Below the pieces are notes generated by a model. The model had not been told where the DNA came from. It saw only the letters and a list, made by a program, of their open reading frames with translations, and did no database searches. The translations under genes and the position numbers were made by a program. Source: an uncultured Verrucomicrobiae bacterium (GTDB lineage Bacteria; Verrucomicrobiota; Verrucomicrobiia; Chthoniobacterales; UBA10450). Taken from it: a stretch of 64,000 nt of DNA. The stretch is taken from NCBI GenBank assembly GCA_963735805.1, contig CAVTMK010000004.1:128001-192000 (forward strand), in the 5' to 3' direction. Position 1 is the stretch's first letter, and every line of letters begins with the position of its first letter. Positions 8,181 through 18,921 of this stretch are shown here, one piece after another.

Positions 8181-10301
8181 TCATGGCGAGATCAAGCTCC
8201 AACCGATAGGGACAGTTGGCCCTGCGACGCCGCTGACAAAGACGTTGTTATTGAGATACCAAATCGCTGTTTGACGAGTAGCGCCGTTGTAAAGCAGGTA
8301 GTCGGGTTTCCCATCACCATCAAAATCGGCTGTGGCTACCAAAGCCCAGTTGCCTGGAACCGTCGGCCCCCAGGCTGCACCAATAAGAGTTGTTCCGGAT
8401 AAATAGGCGATAGCTGTGTAACCGGAACTCGGATGAAACAGGAGATAATCTGGATGGCCATCGCCATTGAAATCCGCTACGCCCACTAACGTCCAGCCGC
8501 TCGGGAGGCTTGGACCAACATCGCCACCGATCAAAACATTATTATTGAGATACCAGACCGCGGTTTGATGGGTGCTGGTTTTGTAAAGCACGTAATCGGG
8601 GTTGCCATCCGCGTTAAAATCGGCCGCCCCGACTAACTCCCAGCCATTGGGAAGAGTCGGCCCGAATGCGCCCCCAACAAAGATTGGTCCAGACAGATAC
8701 CAAATTGCTGTCTGACTCGTACTGGGAGCGAACAACGCATAATCCGAATGGCTATCTACATTAAAATCTGCCACTCCGCTCAACTTCCAACCAACCCCAA
8801 GAGTTGGTCCGTAATCAGAGCCAACATAAACGTTGTCGTTCAAATACCAGATCGCCGTCTTACGCGTGCTTGGGTTACGCAGCACGTAGTCTGGGTGGCC
8901 GTCGCCGTTAAAATCGGCTACTGCCGCCGCCGCCACCGGTGTGGGGGTGGGTGTCGGGGTCGGTGTGGGTGAATTAACCAAGTCGTAACCGATTACGTCA
9001 AGGTTGACACCCTCCGGCAAGGTTGCGCTGACATCGGAAGATTGCCCAGTGCAACCGAATGCGTTCTGGACGTAAGGATGCGTTTGAGGGCAGGCGGTGC
9101 TCAGCCAATCACCGAAATCACCGCTCTGGTTCTGGTTGAAATTTACGATGTTGGTGCTGCCGCCGTTGATCGAAAGATATCGTGTCCCGGTTGAATGGTA
9201 GTTTCTCACGCCCGCGGATGACCAACTAAACAGATCCTGTGGACGGAGATCGCCGCTATATGTGCCAGAGATATTTAGATGCGATCCAAACCCGATAACC
9301 TCATCGATCTCGTGCTCTGTAGAACGCTGCGCATCGAAATGGCTCGAGTTGGCAGGCCGTGTGAACTGAAACGGCTTTGTAGAATTAAGCGTAACAATTC
9401 CGTCGTACGGCCCGCCTTGTCCAACTGTTCCGTTTGCAAACATCCCTGTCGGAGTATTTAGCGCCACTGCTCGCCCGTTCGCGCTCGACGCCGTAATGTA
9501 GGTCGATAATGAAGTACCCGGCAGGCTAGCGTTCGCGAGAGAATCATGGCTCGTCGTTGCATCCGCTCTCAAGGAATTGATATAGGTGTTCCAGGGAATT
9601 GCATAATAAACCCAATCACTTCGCGAGACAGTCCCCGCTGGCAAAGGAGTGCCGTTTGGCGCGGTGGATGAATAGCGGAAGCGAATCTGGATTGTGATCG
9701 GATCGCTAAACAGCGACTCATAAATCGAGATGGTTCGGTTGATCATCGCCTCGATCGCCGCTGCATTCGGGTTATTGATAATGGAACTATCGAAAGCTGG
9801 GTGAATGATCAATCCAGTGGTAGCAACCGTCGTAACTGTCATCACCTGCGAGTAACTGCCCGGAGTGAACACATCATAGGCGCGCACCCGATAATAGTAG
9901 GTGGTGCCGGGTTCCAGGCCCGTCACAACTCGACCGGTAGCGTTTCCTACATCCAAGTCGTGATAGCCCTCTAAGTAGCTGCTAAAAGAAGGATTCGTAG
10001 AGACATCCAGCAGGTAACCTTTAGCCTCCTTTTCACCTGACCAGGTTGCCATAAAGCTCGTTCGCGTCGGCGCCGGTATTTCAATTTCAGCTGGCGCCGA
10101 AATCCCACTGACATTCGAAGACTTGGGCGCATCCTGCGACTCCGTCCGCGTCTCGTGGCTTCCGACGTTTGCCTCAAATTCACGAGGCTCGCTTGGAATA
10201 TGATTTTGTCCCCGCAAATTCGTTTTTGCGGCGCCAACGGCGAGTACAACGCTACCAGCAAGAATAATTGCACTTCTTATACGAAAACTTGAATGACTCA
10301 T
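8181..10301 (-). CDS. Secreted FN3 + zincin-like (HEIDE) domain + FG-GAP/VCBS repeat protein
   Basis: Signal-like N-terminus; FN3 (GLEPGTTYYYRVRAY); HEIDEVIG; PT linker; five DFN/DFD.DG.DY repeats. Confidence 0.75.
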   Translation of the reverse strand: MSHSSFRIRSAIILAGSVVLAVGAAKTNLRGQNHIPSEPREFEANVGSHETRTESQDAPKSSNVSGISAPAEIEIPAPTRTSFMATWSGEKEAKGYLLDVSTNPSFSSYLEGYHDLDVGNATGRVVTGLEPGTTYYYRVRAYDVFTPGSYSQVMTVTTVATTGLIIHPAFDSSIINNPNAAAIEAMINRTISIYESLFSDPITIQIRFRYSSTAPNGTPLPAGTVSRSDWVYYAIPWNTYINSLRADATTSHDSLANASLPGTSLSTYITASSANGRAVALNTPTGMFANGTVGQGGPYDGIVTLNSTKPFQFTRPANSSHFDAQRSTEHEIDEVIGFGSHLNISGTYSGDLRPQDLFSWSSAGVRNYHSTGTRYLSINGGSTNIVNFNQNQSGDFGDWLSTACPQTHPYVQNAFGCTGQSSDVSATLPEGVNLDVIGYDLVNSPTPTPTPTPTPVAAAAVADFNGDGHPDYVLRNPSTRKTAIWYLNDNVYVGSDYGPTLGVGWKLSGVADFNVDSHSDYALFAPSTSQTAIWYLSGPIFVGGAFGPTLPNGWELVGAADFNADGNPDYVLYKTSTHQTAVWYLNNNVLIGGDVGPSLPSGWTLVGVADFNGDGHPDYLLFHPSSGYTAIAYLSGTTLIGAAWGPTVPGNWALVATADFDGDGKPDYLLYNGATRQTAIWYLNNNVFVSGVAGPTVPIGWSLISP

Positions 10302-10414
10302 TGTCGCGCTATGAAAGGCGCGAACTTAGATGGACGATTCTTACTCCACAAGCGGAAACATTGTGTCGCCGTAAGCCTTTGGAGTCCCACGGGCCGTTCA
10401 CTCCTGAGAAATCA

Positions 10415-11017
10415 TCACATTTGCCCTCGCCGTTGGTAAAATTGGTAGCGTTCGACAATTGAGTCGACGTATTTCCGGGTTGCAGGAAAGTCGATGTTCT
10501 GCATGAACTGCTTTACCGGGATATCAGTGACGCTGCTTCCACCGCTCCATCGCTCCACACGACTTGCACCCGCATTGTATTCGGCAAGCGCAAAAGGAGT
10601 GGGATCTGACTGCGCCGACCAGCGTTCGAACGCACGATGCAAATACCATGCGCCGGCCTCCAGGTTCGTTTTCGGATCAAAAAGCTGGTCTACCTGGAAA
10701 TTAGTGATCTTGCTTTCACGTGCCCATTCGCTGGCCGCTCTTTCGCTCACTTGCATAAGTCCTCGCTCTCCACGAGTCCCATGCTTTCTCGGATCGAATC
10801 GGCTCTCGCGCCAAACGACTGCTTTAACAAGCATCGGATCGAGATGATACTTGGTGGCGACAGCGCGAATCAGGCGATCGTACTGATGAAACCGGGCTGG
10901 ACTCATCCATTCGTAGAACGTGTAAATCGGATCGCCCGAGCGCACAGCGAGATAAGCGAAACCTGCGGCCAGCGCCAGCATCACGCAGAGGAGCAGTTTG
11001 AACAGGAATCGTATCAC
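10415..11017 (-). CDS. Lytic transglycosylase (SLT domain)
   Basis: RES, GLMQV, AEYNAG motifs; N-terminal TM. Confidence 0.88.
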   Translation of the reverse strand: MIRFLFKLLLCVMLALAAGFAYLAVRSGDPIYTFYEWMSPARFHQYDRLIRAVATKYHLDPMLVKAVVWRESRFDPRKHGTRGERGLMQVSERAASEWARESKITNFQVDQLFDPKTNLEAGAWYLHRAFERWSAQSDPTPFALAEYNAGASRVERWSGGSSVTDIPVKQFMQNIDFPATRKYVDSIVERYQFYQRRGQM

Positions 11018-11065
11018 TTAGGCATCAAATCTCGTGCTCCTGCTGCCCCGAGCAATTAAATTAAC

Positions 11066-13315
11066 GTGGTCTCGCTCATGACAAAAACCAGTTACGTCCG
11101 AGTCATTATTGATCGCGCCATTCATCGGGAGCTCGATTATGCAGTGCCCGACGGCCTGATTGACCGGGTGGGAGTTGGCTCCCGTGTGCGTGTACCCTTT
11201 CGAGACAAATCCGCTCTTGCGACAGTCGTCGCCGTTCCAGAACACAGCGAAGTAAAAGGCATCCGGTCAATCGAAGCGGTCTTGGGTGAAACACCAATCT
11301 TGAGCGAACATTTACTGGAGCTCGCGAGATGGATCGGCATTTATTATTGCTGCCCCATCGAAACTGTAATGCGCAGCTTGTTGCCACAAGTGATCCGGCG
11401 TGCCGAAGTCGGGTGGAAGAAGCAGTTGTTCGTCCAACCACGCAAGATCGACAATGAAGAAATTGAGAAATTGCGAAGACGCGCGCCCCGTCAGGCGGAG
11501 CTTTTGCAGGCAATTTCCCGGTTGGAAGTGCCGATGTCCGCAGTGCAACTTCTGCGACAAACCTCTCTCGATAACCAGACTCTTCGCGCCTTGGCAAAAC
11601 GCGGCCTCGCAGAACTGCGCGAGGAAGCAGTGATTCGCGATCCCCATGCGGACGAGCAGTTCATCGCGACGTCGAATCTCATTCTAAACCAGGAACAAGC
11701 CAAAGCGCTTAAAGAGATCACGCAAGCGCTCGACTCGCCGGAAAATGCGCGGCCGATTTTGCTTCATGGCGTAACCGGTTCCGGCAAAACCGAAATTTAT
11801 CTTCAGGCAATCTGCGGCACGCTTGAGCGCGGTCGCACCGCAATTGTCCTCGTCCCTGAAATCTCGTTAACGCCACAGACGGTTGAACGCTTTAAAAGCC
11901 GGTTCGCGGACATGCAGGACGCGGTCGCCGTATTGCACAGCCATTTATCCCAAGGCGAAAGGCACGATGAATGGCACAAAATTCATTCCGGGCGCGCCCG
12001 CATCGTAATCGGCGCGCGCAGCGCCGTCTTCGCGCCGCTGAAAAACCTTGGACTCATTGTTGTCGATGAGGAACACGAGACGACGTACAAACAAGAAGAA
12101 GCTCCGCGATATCACGCGCGCGACGTTGCGGTCGTGCGCGCCAAGATTGAGCAATGCGTGGCGGTACTGGGCAGCGCGACGCCATCGCTCGAGAGCTATC
12201 ATAACGCTGCAATAGAAAAATACCGGCTGGTCACTCTCACGCAGCGCATAGACGAAAAGCAAATGCCCTTGATACGCATTGTCGATCTCCGCCAGGAGCG
12301 ACGGGGAGAAAGGAAAGCCGCCATTTTGTCGGAAAAATTATCGCAGGCCATTGCTGATCGTCTGGAAAAACACGAACAGACCATTTTATTCCTGAACCGG
12401 CGCGGCTTTTCCACTTCGTTGCTGTGCAGTAATTGCGGCGAAGCGCGCCACTGTCCGAATTGCAGTGTTGCGCTGACGTTTCATCGCCATCCCGCGGTGG
12501 CGGGACGCTTGAGTTGTCATTTGTGTGGGCATACCGCCGCGGTGCCGAAGAAATGTCCGAACTGCGGGAAGGATGCACTCGTTTACGCGGGGTTTGGCAC
12601 GGAGAAGGTCGAATCAACCGTGTCACAAATTTTTCCCAAAGCTGTCGTGCGCCGCATGGACGCAGATTCGATGACTCGCAAGGAAGCGTATCGAGAAACA
12701 TTGCGAAACTTTCGCACAGGAAAGATCGATATCCTGGTCGGCACGCAGATGATCGCAAAGGGGTTGCATTTTCCAAATGTGACGCTTGTTGGAATCATCA
12801 ACGCCGATCTCGCTTTGCACCTGCCGGATTTTCGCGCCGGCGAGCGCACGTTCCAACTGCTCACCCAAGTCGCCGGACGCGCCGGGCGGGGCGAGACGGC
12901 GGGTGAAGTCTTCGTACAAACCTACACGCCGTTTAGTCCGTCAATCCAGTTTGCGAGGCATCACGATTTCGCGGGCTATTTTCAACAGGAACTCGAATTT
13001 CGCGAACGCTGTGATTTCCCACCATTCAAACACGCGATCTTAATCACCGTCCGCTCGACACATGAGGGTCGGGCAAAACTTTCAGCTGAAACATTGCAAC
13101 GCCATTTGAAAGAAGCACTGCCACAGGAATTCATCCTGGGCGATACAACGCCCGCGCCACTGGAAAAATTACAAGGCCAATTCCGCTTTCACATCCTGAT
13201 CCGCGGCGAAGCCATTGTGCGCCTGAGTCGCCACGTCCGGGAAACTCTCAAAAAATTGCCATTTCCCGAAGATGTTGCCGTGACGGTCGACGTGGATCCT
13301 TATCAATTGCTATAG
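11066..13315 (+). CDS. priA: Primosomal protein N' (replication restart helicase)
   Basis: GVTGSGKT, DEEH, LNRRG, four CxxC, GTQMIAKG, QVAGRAGR. Confidence 0.96.
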   Translation: MVSLMTKTSYVRVIIDRAIHRELDYAVPDGLIDRVGVGSRVRVPFRDKSALATVVAVPEHSEVKGIRSIEAVLGETPILSEHLLELARWIGIYYCCPIETVMRSLLPQVIRRAEVGWKKQLFVQPRKIDNEEIEKLRRRAPRQAELLQAISRLEVPMSAVQLLRQTSLDNQTLRALAKRGLAELREEAVIRDPHADEQFIATSNLILNQEQAKALKEITQALDSPENARPILLHGVTGSGKTEIYLQAICGTLERGRTAIVLVPEISLTPQTVERFKSRFADMQDAVAVLHSHLSQGERHDEWHKIHSGRARIVIGARSAVFAPLKNLGLIVVDEEHETTYKQEEAPRYHARDVAVVRAKIEQCVAVLGSATPSLESYHNAAIEKYRLVTLTQRIDEKQMPLIRIVDLRQERRGERKAAILSEKLSQAIADRLEKHEQTILFLNRRGFSTSLLCSNCGEARHCPNCSVALTFHRHPAVAGRLSCHLCGHTAAVPKKCPNCGKDALVYAGFGTEKVESTVSQIFPKAVVRRMDADSMTRKEAYRETLRNFRTGKIDILVGTQMIAKGLHFPNVTLVGIINADLALHLPDFRAGERTFQLLTQVAGRAGRGETAGEVFVQTYTPFSPSIQFARHHDFAGYFQQELEFRERCDFPPFKHAILITVRSTHEGRAKLSAETLQRHLKEALPQEFILGDTTPAPLEKLQGQFRFHILIRGEAIVRLSRHVRETLKKLPFPEDVAVTVDVDPYQLL

Positions 13316-13393
13316 AACTCCTGGATGCTTCCTCCTTGACGGCAATGTGCAATTTTCGAAAATCCCAATCTTGTCAGCTCGGCAATTCATCCG

Positions 13394-14412
13394 ATGGAGA
13401 GACTGTTCCTTGCAATTCTTCTGCTGACGTCGCCAGTAGTGTCTCGCGTACAAGCACAACCATCTAGCGGTACGCTTGCCGATTTTCTCGTAAAACAAGG
13501 TCTTGGCGGAGCGAAGCTGGAGCGACGTGTCGGCAATCATCTGTTTGTTCCGGTTTCCATCAACAATCGGCGGGCTGCGCTAATGATCGATACCGGGTCG
13601 CCTAATACTGTAATCGACGCCAACAGTGTGAATACGTTCGGTCTCACTGTGGAAAAGACCGACTCGAACGTCGGAGGTCTATTCGGCCGCACATGGGAGC
13701 GATTTGGCGCCAGCAAAGTAAGAAGCATCGCAATGGGTAATTGCACCGTAACGAACGTCCCCGTAGCGATCGCAGATTTTTCCACTTTCAACACGGATCA
13801 CACCGACCCGGCTACAGGATCACACATTGCGAGTTCCAAGGCTCCGGCGCATATCAATGGCATCCTTGGCGCTAATGAGATGGTCAAGTTCGGGATGATC
13901 ATCGATTGCACTCGTCAGATGCTTTACATGAATCCCAGCGGACGCAGTCCCGCAGTGAGCCAGAGCCTCGCAAGTTTCCTGGCTAGTCGCGGATTTACGC
14001 GGATCGCAATGCGGCTAAATGCAAACCATCATTTCGATGTTGATGGAGCGATGAACGGACATTCCACCCGGTTTATTGTGGACACTGGGGATCCGCAACT
14101 ACGCTGATCGACACCCAGGTTGCAGTGAAATCTGGAACGGGTGTGACCGCTCTCGCTGGCTACGGCGCAGACGGAGCCGGAGGATTAGTTGAAGGAGTAA
14201 ATCGCACTGGTGTCAAGGACTTGGCAATCGGCAACTTCAAGCTCGCAAACGTCGAAGTGGTAGTGGCCCATGTATCGAAGGACATACTGCTCTCGAACTC
14301 GGCCACAGAATCAAACGCAGGTGTTCTCGGGCAGGAGTATCTTTCGTCGAATTTCGCTGTCATCGACGTGGGCGGCATGGCGCTGTACCTGCGGCATCCC
14401 GATTCGCGCTAA
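13394..14412 (+). pseudogene. Two-domain retropepsin-like aspartyl protease, frameshifted at the GGGG run 14087-14090
   Basis: ORF1 has MIDTGS and FIVDTG, then stops. The shifted frame continues SATTLIDTQ...GVLGQEYL...VIDVG..LYL to 14412. Confidence 0.7.
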
Positions 14413-14481
14413 CAAATTCAATTGTTACCCCAAACAGCGGCGGGAGTGCTGGGATTTCGCCTGCAGTCTCGACGAGGGTCG

Positions 14482-16050
14482 TCAAGACGCACTTAAGGAA
14501 AATAGCTCGCCAAGTTCCACCCGCGCCCATTTGGCGAAGCCTTGAGCAAAGAGTTTCGCATTGGTGGAATGCAATTTGAAACCCGGGATCAGGCACCGAT
14601 GTGCGCGATTCATTTTGCCAAGCATTCGACGTTTGCGACGGCGACGCGCAATTTCAGCAAAACGGCGGTTGTAGGTTCGCATAAAACGAAAAATCGGCCC
14701 GACGCCGGCAGCTGAAAATGGCGGAACCAAAAGAGCGTTCTCGCCGTACCTGAATATCCGGGATACTACGCCCAAATAATATAGGCAAAGATCGAAGATC
14801 AATGCCGTGCTCATTAAATCGAATTCGCCCATGTACTCGTACTTGTCTTTGTAAACGGCTTCGAACCAGCAACGATGAGACCTCGCCAAATCGCGATTGT
14901 GGCGCTCAACTAACGTACTTATCGCTTCGCCTCTTCGCTGCGCACCGATCAGTGCCGCAGCACGTGAGGTCGTAAATGAGATCCAATCCATACCCGGGCT
15001 GTAAAATGGATCCATGAACGCGGCCGCATCGCCGACCAAAACAAAGCCGTCCCCAGCAAAAGTGGTGCTGTAATAAGCGAGATTCTTCCGCCAGTGGACA
15101 TCTTCCTCGTCAAATCGCGCGTCAACAAGAATTTCGCGCGCGACCGGATGCTTCATCAGAAAAGCCTTGAGCCGTTCGCCGAGTTTTCCGCCATCCTGGG
15201 GCCAATCGACCAGTCTCTGGTCGAAAACCACACCGACACTCACGTCACCGCCTTTTAGTGGAATCCACCAACTCCACCAGCCATCGCCGATCACATGGTT
15301 GGTGGCAGTGTTACGCGTCGCGTAGACAGCGCGCGACCATGAAGGATATTTCTCGGCCAGTTCGCGGCTGTCCCAATCCTTGACCCCTTTCCATCTCGAC
15401 CATGCCGCTGCAGTTGGATGTTCGGTGTTCGATTTCCACCAGCCTTCCTTCCGGGCGAGAATTGCAGCCACGCCGGATGCATCAATAACCCAGCGCGAAC
15501 GAACTGTCCTTGTGCCATGGTCGTTGCGAAATGTTATTGTTTGTTCTTTCCCAGGCTGTAGTTGCACGTCAATTACTGTCGCCGAACGTAGAATTTCCGC
15601 GCCAGCAGCGCCGGCACGGCGCAGCACCTCTTCATCAAACGAGGCACGATCTAGTTGATACGACGGCACACGTACCTGGTACAGCGGCCCAAGTTCGCTC
15701 GCTTCCGCCAATGTCTTTACGTCGCCGTTTGTAAACCAAAAGCGCAATCCTTGCTTCGCGAGATGCGATTCGTTCAGATATTGTGTCAAGCCTAGCACTC
15801 GACCCATGAAATACGCACTGACCTCCACCGTTGCTTCACCGACGCGTCGCGAAAGTTTAGTCGATTTTTCCAGGATCAATATGCGAATGCCGGGATTTTG
15901 CCGAAGCAAGAGGGTTGCAGTTGCGCCACCGGACAGTGCGCCTCCCATGATTACGACGTCATAAAAGTCCGTATCATCGGCTTGAGCCGGCTTGATATGA
16001 GCTTCCATTCTATGAGCAGATAGTTTTCTTGGTGTGATCTTATTACGCAA
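14482..16050 (-). CDS. Flavin-dependent halogenase family protein
   Basis: GGALSG FAD loop, VGEAT, putative catalytic Lys (HLAKQG), WSWWIP, FMDPFYSPG; start uncertain. Confidence 0.8.
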   Translation of the reverse strand: MRNKITPRKLSAHRMEAHIKPAQADDTDFYDVVIMGGALSGGATATLLLRQNPGIRILILEKSTKLSRRVGEATVEVSAYFMGRVLGLTQYLNESHLAKQGLRFWFTNGDVKTLAEASELGPLYQVRVPSYQLDRASFDEEVLRRAGAAGAEILRSATVIDVQLQPGKEQTITFRNDHGTRTVRSRWVIDASGVAAILARKEGWWKSNTEHPTAAAWSRWKGVKDWDSRELAEKYPSWSRAVYATRNTATNHVIGDGWWSWWIPLKGGDVSVGVVFDQRLVDWPQDGGKLGERLKAFLMKHPVAREILVDARFDEEDVHWRKNLAYYSTTFAGDGFVLVGDAAAFMDPFYSPGMDWISFTTSRAAALIGAQRRGEAISTLVERHNRDLARSHRCWFEAVYKDKYEYMGEFDLMSTALIFDLCLYYLGVVSRIFRYGENALLVPPFSAAGVGPIFRFMRTYNRRFAEIARRRRKRRMLGKMNRAHRCLIPGFKLHSTNAKLFAQGFAKWARVELGELFSLSAS

Positions 16051-16157
16051 GCGTGCAATTGATTACCAACCGGGTCGTACAGTTTGTAAAAAGCGTGAGG
16101 TTGACCTTGTCCGATCCAAGCTCAGTCCGCTAACATCGACCTTACATAACTGAGTTC

Positions 16158-17465
16158 GTGAACAACTTACATCTTGCGATCCAGTTTTTTATTCAGCTTG
16201 CTGTTATCCTTTTGTTCTGCCGTTTGGTGGGCGCGATTGCTCTGCGTTTCGGCCAGCCGCAGGTCGTGGCGGAAATGCTTGCCGGTGTGCTTCTCGGACC
16301 ATCGCTTTTTGGTTTGCTCTGTCCCGAAGCCCAACATTGGCTTTTTCCGTGGGACAGCGCTCAGAAAATGCGTGACACCCAAAGTTATTTGTTTCCAGCG
16401 TCACAACTAGGTCTGGCGCTTTACATGTTCGTGGTTGGAATGGAGTTCCGTGTGGATATCGTGCGCCGCAGATTGACAAGCTCAATCGCCGTGTCAGCGG
16501 CAGGAATGTTGACACCTTTCGTATTGGGCGCGGGCCTGGCCTGGATTCTATTTGACCACACGACGCTATTTCCAAGCACGACTTCACGCTCGGAGGCAAT
16601 GCTCTTTCTTGGCGCATCCATGTGCATCACCGCCTTTCCCATGCTCGCACGGATTATTCATTTCAAAAAACTTGCCGGTACGACCATGGGAACTGTGGCG
16701 CTGGGTGCAGGGGCAATTGATGATGCCACGGCGTGGTGCCTTCTCGCGGTCGTGCTTGCCAGTTTCGAGAAAAATTGGAGCCATGCTCTCGTCAACATCA
16801 CCGGTGGCATCGCTTACGTGGCTTTAACGCTGCTGATTGTGCGCCCCCTGCTGCTTCGTGCCAAAGTTTGGTTGACAAAAAGCGGTACCGTCACCGAAGC
16901 CGGGTTGGTTGTCGGACTTGCGCTCATGGCCTTAGGTGCGTGGTTCACCGACCTGATCGGTTTGCACGCAGTATTTGGCGCGTTCGTAATGGGCGCCGCG
17001 ATGCCACGTGGAGTGGTTGTGCGGGATCTTATTGCCCGTATTCAGCCCCTTACGGTTGCCCTGCTGCTTCCGCTCTTTTTCACGTATTCGGGGCTGAATA
17101 CAAAGATCGGTTTGCTCAACACGAGCTTCCTTTGGGCCATGTGTGGTGCGGTCTTGATCGCGGCTATTCTGGGCAAAGGCGTCGCCTGCTGGGCAGCCGC
17201 ACGGGCCACCGGCATTCAAAATCGCGAAGCGCTCGGCATCGGCACACTAATGAATGCACGTGGATTAATGGAATTGATCATTATCAATATCGGGCTCCAG
17301 CGCGGCATCATATCAGAGGGACTTTTCGCCACGCTGGTGATTATGGCAGTAATCACGACGCTTATGGCCTCGCCGCTGTTTGAACGCCTCGTCGGAAGCG
17401 GGACGCATCAACTCATTCCCGAGACCCAGGCTGAAGAAGCAAACGAACCCAAGTTCGTCAGCTAA
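16158..17465 (+). CDS. Cation:proton antiporter (CPA2, Na+/H+ exchanger family)
   Basis: GQPQVVAEMLAGVLLGPS, ITAFPMLARII, AIDDATAW, MNARGLMELI. Confidence 0.92.
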   Translation: MNNLHLAIQFFIQLAVILLFCRLVGAIALRFGQPQVVAEMLAGVLLGPSLFGLLCPEAQHWLFPWDSAQKMRDTQSYLFPASQLGLALYMFVVGMEFRVDIVRRRLTSSIAVSAAGMLTPFVLGAGLAWILFDHTTLFPSTTSRSEAMLFLGASMCITAFPMLARIIHFKKLAGTTMGTVALGAGAIDDATAWCLLAVVLASFEKNWSHALVNITGGIAYVALTLLIVRPLLLRAKVWLTKSGTVTEAGLVVGLALMALGAWFTDLIGLHAVFGAFVMGAAMPRGVVVRDLIARIQPLTVALLLPLFFTYSGLNTKIGLLNTSFLWAMCGAVLIAAILGKGVACWAAARATGIQNREALGIGTLMNARGLMELIIINIGLQRGIISEGLFATLVIMAVITTLMASPLFERLVGSGTHQLIPETQAEEANEPKFVS

Positions 17466-17512
17466 GGCGATCGGAAGGCTACGATGTTGTTGGGTTGTGA
17501 GAGTCGCAAAGG

Positions 17513-18853
17513 TCAAGCCTCTTCGGCGATAGAACCTTTGGAAGACATCTCGCTAGGATAACCGGCATCTTGGTCGCGTCGAAAAACGCCGTGGGCTATC
17601 TTGAAACGTTTCTGGATGGATATCATCCCGAAGAACAGCTGGTTCAGGAAACGAGTCCACAAACTCGCGTTCCACTTGCCCGCAAGCATAGTGGCGACTG
17701 ATCGAAAGATGAGCCTCGGTGGTTCCGGGCTGAAAAAAACGTCGCGAAACTGCGGTGTGTAGAAGCCCACTACAAACCGGCGAAACGTCTCGAATCGTTT
17801 ACGCTGACGACGAGAGAACGCCGCGAAACTCGCATCTGAAAAGTCATTTTTCACCAGAGCGCGATGGAGCTCTGCAGCCGCTTCGATCCCCGATTCCATG
17901 GCGATTGAGACCCCGGTCGAGAATACCGGATCGAGAAACGATCCTGCGTCTCCAGCCAGAATCCAGCGACGGCCAGCGTACGCCGAAGCACTGTAAGAGA
18001 AATCCTTCTCAACGCGTACCGGCCATTCTCGCCGGGCCTCGCGCATTAACTCCGCTAGAACCGGCGTATCCGAGATCGTGCCATTGAGCGTCTCCTCCGG
18101 CGAACCATTCGCCAATCTGCGGTAAAGGGCCTTTGGTAGAACGACGCCGACACTCGTTAACTCTTTTGAAATCGGAATAAGCCAGAACCAGCCGGCGTCG
18201 TCGCGTGCGATAAGTCGGATATCATCCGGCCGCGGTCCTTTCAGTCGCGGCACGTTCGTATAGTGCGAGTATATTGCTACATTGGCGAGCCGCGGTTCCT
18301 CGGTGCGCAGATTGAATTTTCGAGCGATCAATCCTCCACGCCCTGTGGCATCAACCAGAGCTTGCACACGCATACGCCGGGTCGCCGTATCGACGTGCGA
18401 CCTAACGTCGACAATTGCAGCATCTGCTGCAAATTCACATGTAACCACGTTGCACGCTTCTCGAACGTCTACACCTACTTCCCGAGCCCGTTCCAGCAAA
18501 ATGCGATCAAACTCGTCGCGGCGTACCTGATAAGTCTGAGGCTTCGTAACCTCTCGAACGCAAGTGAAGTCAACGTATCGTCCACTCTGACCATCATGCG
18601 TGTAAAGGCGCGCACCCCATTTCGCCGGAAAACTTGCAGCCTCCATCTGCTTGGTCACGCCTAAAGCCGCGAAGGAGTCGTTCGCAGTCGATAGCAACGA
18701 CTCACCGATATGAAATCGCGGGAAAGTCTCACGCTCAAAGAGAACGACGGAATGACCGCGCTGCCGTAGCGAGATAGCAGCCGATGAACCCGCAGGACCG
18801 CCCCCTGCGACAGCGAAATCAAAATCATACCCAGGATCGGCCCCAGTCATCAC
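17513..18853 (-). CDS. Flavin-dependent halogenase family protein
   Basis: GGGPAG, FPRFHIGESL, putative catalytic Lys (FPAKWG), WFWLIP, FLDPVFSTG. Confidence 0.85.
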   Translation of the reverse strand: MMTGADPGYDFDFAVAGGGPAGSSAAISLRQRGHSVVLFERETFPRFHIGESLLSTANDSFAALGVTKQMEAASFPAKWGARLYTHDGQSGRYVDFTCVREVTKPQTYQVRRDEFDRILLERAREVGVDVREACNVVTCEFAADAAIVDVRSHVDTATRRMRVQALVDATGRGGLIARKFNLRTEEPRLANVAIYSHYTNVPRLKGPRPDDIRLIARDDAGWFWLIPISKELTSVGVVLPKALYRRLANGSPEETLNGTISDTPVLAELMREARREWPVRVEKDFSYSASAYAGRRWILAGDAGSFLDPVFSTGVSIAMESGIEAAAELHRALVKNDFSDASFAAFSRRQRKRFETFRRFVVGFYTPQFRDVFFSPEPPRLIFRSVATMLAGKWNASLWTRFLNQLFFGMISIQKRFKIAHGVFRRDQDAGYPSEMSSKGSIAEEA

Positions 18854-18921
18854 GCTGCTAGAGTATCATTGTGTGAATGGGAAGCAGGCAATTTCTTTGA
18901 GCCTCTCGGTTAAGAACTGGG

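Noticed and set aside
8190..8930. CRISPR-like regular repeats
   Set aside because: These are coding FG-GAP protein repeats, degenerate at the DNA level; no cas genes
13316..18921. Integrative element at tRNA-Thr
   Set aside because: No integrase and no duplicated tRNA 3' end (att) found by eye
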